A stretch of DNA of 64,000 nt. Origin: Myxococcales bacterium (GTDB taxonomy: Bacteria; Myxococcota_A; Polyangia; Polyangiales; JAFGIB01). The position numbers and the translations under genes are program-made. This document shows positions 58,782 through 64,000 of this stretch, piece by piece. Under the pieces are notes generated by a model, which made no database searches, had not been told where the DNA came from, and saw nothing but the letters and a program-made list of their open reading frames with translations. Location of the stretch: the NCBI GenBank assembly GCA_050118535.1, contig JASFKR010000006.1, positions 689 through 64,688 of the forward strand, in the 5' to 3' direction. How positions within the stretch are numbered: the first letter of the stretch is position 1; each line of letters starts with the position of its first letter.

Positions 58782-61148
58782 TCATCGCAACGGGTGCCAC
58801 GCGGGTTGCGCGTCGGCCAGCGCGCGGGCCAAGCGCCGGGCGCTGCCGGGGTCCCCGGGCGGGGAGGGGGCATCGCCCAGGGCCGTGCGCGCGAGGCGGT
58901 CGGCCAGCTCGACGGCCCGCGCCTCGCGTGCGCCGCGCTCGGCCCGCTCCTGCTCGCGCAGGCGCTCGGCGACCTCGCCCAGGTGGTCCCGGTCCACGCT
59001 CGGCGGCGCCGACGACAGCGTGCTGTATACGGCGTGCAGGGCGTCGGGCTCACCGGTGAGCGCCACTGCCGCCCAGCCCTCGCCGCCATCCATCCCCCCG
59101 TCGTGCCACACGGCATGCACGGCGGGCAGTCGTGCGAGTCCGGCTGCGACCAGCGCGGCGAAGGCCCGGGCGCCGGCCGGGTCGCCCCCGCCGGCCGCCA
59201 CCCGCCACAGCAGCAGCCCGCGGGTGGGTCTGGGCACCTCGGCCAGCGGTGCGGCCACCGCGCCGCTGGCCGGCGACTCGACGGGCGCCGGCTCGGCGCT
59301 GCGCTGTGGCAGAAGCGACAGCCGCCGCGCCACACGCAGGGTGGCCGCCTCCACCGCCGCGTCGCCGGTGACGCCCACCGCCAGGGCGCGGCCCCGGATG
59401 GCGCGTCGCAGCGCCGCCCGCACGCTGGCGTAGCTGGTGTTGGCGCTCGCATCGCTGCGACCCCAGGGCGCGATCGAGCCCGGTGCGTCGGCCCGCAGGG
59501 CAGCGGCGGCGTGGGCGCGCAGCTCCGCGGCCCGTCCCGACAGGCGCTTTCGCAGCAGCATCCGCGCCCGCGCCAGGTCGCCCATCGAGGGGGCGCCCCA
59601 CAGTGCGCACTCCAGCGCCAGGTCGATGGCGCCGGCCACGTGCTCGCGCGGCGCCTCCAGCACGAAGCCCCAGGAGCCGGCGCTCACGCGGGGCGAGAGC
59701 TCTGCGCCCAGCCGCACCAGGTCATCGGAGAGCAGCCGCGCGCCGCGTCCGCCGCAACTCGAGGTCAGCAGGGTGGCGAGCAGGGCGCTGCGCCCGTGGT
59801 GCAGCGGCGGGTCGCTGCCGGCGCCGTCGGCGAAGCGCACCGCGACCGCCACTCGGGGCCCCGGGGCGGCCCGCACCGCCACCCGCGCGCCATTGTCGAG
59901 GGTCACGGCCGAGCCCGCCTCGTTGACCTCTCCGGTCAGCTTCGGGTCGGTCGCCGCGCGTCCCCGCGCCATGGCGTGCTGCAGGGTTTCGCGCGCCGCC
60001 TGCCGGGTCCGGGCGTCCGGGTCGTCCTCGCGAGGGCGATCGGCGCGGCCGCCGGCCACCAACACGCCAATCCCCAGCCGCGGGCTCGCCGACGGGTCGG
60101 CCACCGGATCGCGCGCGGCCCACCGCATCCCCAGCCGGTGCAGCTCCTCGCCCAGGCCGTCCGCCGGTGTGGTGTGCGGCTCGCGCGAGCCGGCCTCCAG
60201 TCGCAGCAGCCCCGCCTCGTGGCTGGCCACTGTCACCAGCCGCCGGGGTTCGCCGCCGTCCACACGTAGCAGCGCCGCGCCGCCACCGCCGAGTCGGAAT
60301 GCGTGGCCGTGCACGCCCAGCGCACCGTTGCGCCGCAGGCGCCGGCGGATACGCATGGCCGCCGTGGCCGCGTCCCGCAGCGTGGGCGCCCACAGGGCCA
60401 GGCTGACGGCTTCGCGGTCGCCAACGTCGACTTCCAGACCATCCTCGGCCGACAGCGCGGCCGGCGCGGCGCGTGGGCTGCTGGCCGTCGGGTTGGCGGC
60501 GAAGGCGTGCTCCGCGACCTGCCTCAGCTCCCGCACGTCCACGTTGCCGCTGGCCGTCAGCAGCGCGCGCTCCGGGCCCAGGTGGCGCGAGAGGAAGTCC
60601 GCCAGGGCCTCGGCGCTGGCGTCGTCGTCGTCTTCGGCGCTGCCCAGGGGCAGCAGGTGGGCCGCGTCCTCGGCGCCGAAGAGGGCCCCCAGGGCCAGTC
60701 GGTCGGCCCGCAGGCGGGGATCGCGGGCCCGGGCCCGGCGCCGCCCCCGCGTCAGCCACAGGCGCAGCTCCGCGTGCTGTTCGCCGCTGACCCCGCGCGC
60801 CGCGAGCCCGCGCGCGAGCCGTTCCACGCAGCGCCGCAGGTCCCGAGCCCGGCAGCGCGCGCTCAGCTCCAGGGCGTCGGGCCAGGCCCGGCCGCGGACT
60901 CCCGGCCCGGCGCGGCGCGCGGCCAGCTCGGCGGCCAGGGCGGCGAGCTGGGGCGGGTCGGCGTCGCGGGCGCCGGCGTCGACGAAGAGCGAGAGCTGCA
61001 CCACGCCCGCGGCGGGTCGGGCGCGCACCGCCAGGTCGATGCCGGTCGGCTGCGAGACCAGCTCCACCCGCGGCTCGGGCGGCGGCCGCGGCGCGCTGGC
61101 ACAGCCCACGGCGAGCACCACCGCCAGGATATGGGGTGCCCGCGGCAT
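58782..61148 (-). CDS. Degenerate M16 (insulinase)-fold lipoprotein, probably non-catalytic
   Basis: AVGC lipobox; TLDNGARV, G...DP...G...L patterns; no HxxEH seen. Confidence 0.65.
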   Translation of the reverse strand: MPRAPHILAVVLAVGCASAPRPPPEPRVELVSQPTGIDLAVRARPAAGVVQLSLFVDAGARDADPPQLAALAAELAARRAGPGVRGRAWPDALELSARCRARDLRRCVERLARGLAARGVSGEQHAELRLWLTRGRRRARARDPRLRADRLALGALFGAEDAAHLLPLGSAEDDDDASAEALADFLSRHLGPERALLTASGNVDVRELRQVAEHAFAANPTASSPRAAPAALSAEDGLEVDVGDREAVSLALWAPTLRDAATAAMRIRRRLRRNGALGVHGHAFRLGGGGAALLRVDGGEPRRLVTVASHEAGLLRLEAGSREPHTTPADGLGEELHRLGMRWAARDPVADPSASPRLGIGVLVAGGRADRPREDDPDARTRQAARETLQHAMARGRAATDPKLTGEVNEAGSAVTLDNGARVAVRAAPGPRVAVAVRFADGAGSDPPLHHGRSALLATLLTSSCGGRGARLLSDDLVRLGAELSPRVSAGSWGFVLEAPREHVAGAIDLALECALWGAPSMGDLARARMLLRKRLSGRAAELRAHAAAALRADAPGSIAPWGRSDASANTSYASVRAALRRAIRGRALAVGVTGDAAVEAATLRVARRLSLLPQRSAEPAPVESPASGAVAAPLAEVPRPTRGLLLWRVAAGGGDPAGARAFAALVAAGLARLPAVHAVWHDGGMDGGEGWAAVALTGEPDALHAVYSTLSSAPPSVDRDHLGEVAERLREQERAERGAREARAVELADRLARTALGDAPSPPGDPGSARRLARALADAQPAWHPLR

Positions 61149-61172
61149 GGTGGTCACGTATACAACAAGGGC

Positions 61173-61721
61173 GTGGGCCGCGCCGAGGACGACGTCTGGC
61201 TGTTCGGGTACGCCTCGCTGGTGTGGCGGCCCGACTTCGCCTTCGAGGAGGCCACCCCCGCGCGCGTGCACGGTTGGGTGCGGCGCTTCTACCAGGGCTC
61301 GGTCGACCACCGGGGCGTGCCGGGCGCCCCGGGTCGGGTGGCGACGCTGCTACGCGAGCCGCGCGGCCGCTGCATGGGCATGGCCTACCGCGTGTCCCGC
61401 GCCCGGGCGCCGCAGGTGCTCGACGCTCTCGACCGGCGCGAGGTGGGCGGCTACGCGCGGCTCGAACTCGCCGCCCGGGTTCCGGGCCGCCCAGAGCCCC
61501 TGCCGGGCGTGCTCACCTACGTGGCCACCCCCGACAACGAGCAATACCTGGGCCACGCCCCCGTCGAGCAGATGGCGCTGCAGGTGCTGCGCTCGGAGGG
61601 GCCGAGCGGCCACAACGTGGAATACGTGCTGCGCCTCGCGCGCTGGCTGCAATTGCAGGGCGAGGACGACCCGCACGTGCGGGAGCTGGCCGCGCACGTG
61701 CGGCGTCGCCTGGGGCGCTGA
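61173..61721 (+). CDS. chaC: ChaC-family glutathione-specific gamma-glutamylcyclotransferase
   Basis: WLFGYASLVW, RRFYQGS.DHRG.P..PGRV.TL, LDRRE and GPSG.N.EY. Confidence 0.92.
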   Translation: MGRAEDDVWLFGYASLVWRPDFAFEEATPARVHGWVRRFYQGSVDHRGVPGAPGRVATLLREPRGRCMGMAYRVSRARAPQVLDALDRREVGGYARLELAARVPGRPEPLPGVLTYVATPDNEQYLGHAPVEQMALQVLRSEGPSGHNVEYVLRLARWLQLQGEDDPHVRELAAHVRRRLGR

Positions 61722-61731
61722 CGCGGACGGC

Positions 61732-62130
61732 TCACGCCATCGGGCGTGGGCGCAGCACGCGCACGTCGGCACGGAAGGGATTGCCTGCGGCGAAGCGCTC
61801 CGCGCGACGGCTCTCGCGGAGCCACTCGCGCAGCAGCCGCTGGTGGGCACGGGCCATGCCGGTGAACTGGATGGCGGTGCCGTGGAAGAGGGCGTCGAAG
61901 CGGTCGTAAATCACTTCGCCGCTGGCCCAGATGCTGTCGCTGGTGTTCGGCAGCGGGATCTCGAGCTGCACCCGGTTGCAGTGGCGGTCGAGCGGCGAAG
62001 CGATCCGTTCCACGAACATGCCGATGGAGCTGAGGTCACTGGTGAAGCAGCGGTGGGGGGCGTCGTCGATGAGCTGCTCCACGTAGAAGCCGACCGGGTG
62101 GCGTTCGGATCGTCTGCGATTTGAGGTCAT
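61732..62130 (-). CDS. PilZ-domain protein
   Basis: RRSER and DLSSIG (canonical RxxxR / DxSxxG); AGGAG RBS. Confidence 0.85.
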   Translation of the reverse strand: MTSNRRRSERHPVGFYVEQLIDDAPHRCFTSDLSSIGMFVERIASPLDRHCNRVQLEIPLPNTSDSIWASGEVIYDRFDALFHGTAIQFTGMARAHQRLLREWLRESRRAERFAAGNPFRADVRVLRPRPMA

Positions 62131-62260
62131 GCTGTCTCCTGCCGGCGCCGCGCCGGCCTGCGATGTAGGATATGGTATGATTGTGTGTGCATGGCTCCAA
62201 AAAACCGGGTGCCGCGGGGCACGCGTGGAACCGCGGCCGCCCGGGGCTGTCCCAATTCAC

Positions 62261-63424
62261 ATGGTTCGCCCCAGCCCTCGGCTCCTCGTCCTCCTGCTCC
62301 CGCTGCTGACCACCGCCTGCCGCGGCGCCGTCCAGGGCCGCCCCACCACGCCGGGTGAGCGCCAGGTCGTGGAGATGGAGGCCATGCGCATCACCGCCTG
62401 TGCCGACGACGACCCGGCCTGCGAGGCCCAGAGCTACGACGCCAGCCAGCTCTTCGAGCAGGCCACGGCCCTGCTCAACGACAAGCAGTGCCCGGAGGCG
62501 GTGGAGCTGTATGACCGGCTCGCGCGCGAGTTCCCCGACAGCCGGTATGCCTCACCCGCGCTGTACAACGCCGGCCTGTGCCTGCAGGCGAGCGCCGACT
62601 GGGCCGGCTCCGCGGAGCGCTACGCGCTGTTGCGCGAGCGCTATCCGGAAAGCGAGGACCGGCGTGACGCGAGCTTCCAGCTCGCCGAGGTGCTGGTGCA
62701 GCTCGAGCGCTGGGACGAGCTGATGGCTGTGGCCGACGAGCTGCTCGCGCGCGAAGACCTGTCGGCCGACGAGCGCCTCGAGGCCATGGCCCGGCGCGGC
62801 CAGGGGCTGCTCGGCAAGGAGCGCTTCGAGGAGGCCGAGCGCCACGCTCGCAGCTCCCTGAGCTACTACCGCACCCGCGGCGATGGCGACGCGATCAAGG
62901 ACGACTTCTTTGCCGCGGCCTGTAATTACGTGCTGGCCGAGACCTTCCGCGAGCGAGCCCAGCGCTTGGACTTTCCCCAGGGCATCGAGGCCCAGAAGCA
63001 GGTGCTGATCCGGCGGGCCGAGCTGCTGCTGGAGGCCCAGCGGGAATACTTCAACACGATCAGCCTGAACAACCTGGACAACTACCACTGGGCGGCGGCG
63101 TCCGGATATCGCATCGGCAACATGTATGACGAGCTCTGGACCGCCATCATGCAGGCGCCCGTGCCCCCGCATCTGCCCGCGGAGGGCCACGCGGTCTACC
63201 GCCAGGAGCTGGCGAAGCTGGTCAAGCCCCTGATTCGACACGCCATCCGCTACTGGGAGATGACCCTGATGTTCATCGAGCGCACGGGCATTCGCACCCA
63301 GTGGGCCGACAAGACCCGCAGCGACCTGGAGCGCGTGCGATCCCTGCTGCTGGAGCAGCCACCCGGCCCCGGCGGGCTCGACGCCCACCCGGACGCCGGG
63401 GCCACGCCGGCCGGCGAGAGCTGA
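62261..63424 (+). CDS. TPR-repeat lipoprotein
   Basis: TTAC lipobox-like; TPR motifs (FPDSRYA..ALYNAG, YPES); WAAASGYRIG. Confidence 0.8.
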   Translation: MVRPSPRLLVLLLPLLTTACRGAVQGRPTTPGERQVVEMEAMRITACADDDPACEAQSYDASQLFEQATALLNDKQCPEAVELYDRLAREFPDSRYASPALYNAGLCLQASADWAGSAERYALLRERYPESEDRRDASFQLAEVLVQLERWDELMAVADELLAREDLSADERLEAMARRGQGLLGKERFEEAERHARSSLSYYRTRGDGDAIKDDFFAAACNYVLAETFRERAQRLDFPQGIEAQKQVLIRRAELLLEAQREYFNTISLNNLDNYHWAAASGYRIGNMYDELWTAIMQAPVPPHLPAEGHAVYRQELAKLVKPLIRHAIRYWEMTLMFIERTGIRTQWADKTRSDLERVRSLLLEQPPGPGGLDAHPDAGATPAGES

Positions 63425-63522
63425 AAAATCGGATCACGTTCGATTCTTGATTCTACCCAAAACGGAATCATGCCGCTCTGTTGGCTGTGGCGGCCCCATT
63501 CAGCATTCGTGCCAGGAACAAC

Positions 63523-63551
63523 TTGACAGCCCCCAGGTCGAGGCGTACAAG
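63523..63551 (+). promoter_or_regulatory. Sigma70-type promoter of the tRNA operon
   Basis: TTGACA-N17-TACAAG followed by a GC-rich discriminator-like stretch. Confidence 0.7.
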
Positions 63552-63654
63552 TACCGCCCTCTTGCGCGGCGGCTCAGGGTATTGGTCCGTCCGGAAGTAA
63601 CGTAGCTGACACGGAAATTCGGATCGCGAAGGGGAGGCGAAAGCCACGAGTTTT

Positions 63655-63727
63655 GCTGGCGTAGCTCAATCGGTAGAGCACCTGTTTTGTAAACAGGCGG
63701 CTATGGGTTCGAGTCCCTTCGCCAGCT
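63655..63727 (+). tRNA. tRNA-Thr(UGU)
   Basis: GCTGGCG/CGCCAGC acceptor stem, CCTGT-ttTGTaa-ACAGG anticodon arm, GTTCGAGTC T-loop; no encoded CCA. Confidence 0.95.
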
Positions 63728-63761
63728 CGGCTGCGGACCAGAAGGAATCACAAACAATTTC

Positions 63762-63847
63762 GGAGGGTTGCCCGAGTGGTCAAAGGGAGCAGACTGTAAA
63801 TCTGCCGGCGCAAGCCTACAGAGGTTCAAATCCTCTACCCTCCACCA
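63762..63847 (+). tRNA. tRNA-Tyr(GUA)
   Basis: GGAGGGT/ACCCTCC acceptor stem, GCAGA-ctGTAaa-TCTGC, long variable arm, encoded CCA. Confidence 0.97.
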
Positions 63848-63907
63848 GGCCCTTTCCTTTGGCGAAGCAGAAGGCAACGGACAAAGCGCAAAGACGGAAG
63901 CCACGTC

Positions 63908-63980
63908 GCGGGAGTAGCTCAGTTGGTAGAGCGTCAGCCTTCCAAGCTGAATGTCGCCGGTTCGAGCCCGGTCTCCCGCT
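63908..63980 (+). tRNA. tRNA-Gly(UCC)
   Basis: GCGGGAG/CTCCCGC acceptor stem, TCAGC-ctTCCaa-GCTGA; no encoded CCA. Confidence 0.96.
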
Positions 63981-64000
63981 CCGAGCAGTCAGCAGTAGCA

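Noticed and set aside
59437-62124. 895-aa plus-strand ORF, and many similar long ORFs (e.g. 11935-14319, 32725-34731, 37447-39495)
   Set aside because: Antisense or alternate-frame shadows of recognisable genes; stops are rare at this GC content and the translations are low-complexity with no motifs
63499-63514. Minus-strand sigma54-like motif TGGCACGAATGCTGAA
   Set aside because: -12 element is GA rather than GC and it points antisense into the TPR gene
63655-64000. tRNA genes as an integration site of a mobile element
   Set aside because: No integrase and no duplicated tRNA 3' end seen in the window; the 67-aa minus ORF here is a shadow of the tRNAs

Overview
A very GC-rich chromosomal window, most likely from a myxobacterium (Myxococcota). 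That inference rests on a DUF2330 protein with a MYXO-CTERM-like tail, a PEGA/TPR protein, a GltJ/AgmX-like protein, PilZ proteins and Cys-rich lipoproteins. It is mostly core genome: prmA end, rsmE, ligA, oxyR-ahpC-ahpF, der, era, tal, NAD kinase, murA, hisG, comEA, pepA, etfBA, and a tRNA Thr-Tyr-Gly cluster at the right edge. I found no integrase, transposase, prophage or CRISPR array. The most unusual items are: (1) a single-HKD PLD enzyme with a Cas4/AddB-like Cys pattern, separated from a beta-CASP nuclease by a perfect 28-bp palindrome and an AT-rich 14-bp palindrome; (2) a polytopic-membrane enhancer-binding protein whose AAA+ catalytic motifs are all lost; (3) a frameshifted CotH-kinase/beta-helix gene; (4) a His-motif membrane enzyme paired with a GT-C-like protein; (5) a G12 tract in an orphan SdhC-like gene; (6) a consensus sigma54 promoter with tandem repeats upstream of an antiporter; (7) a symmetric 24-bp bidirectional promoter; (8) a recurring hexamer DNA lattice. 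All calls come from motif recognition by eye; no searches were run.
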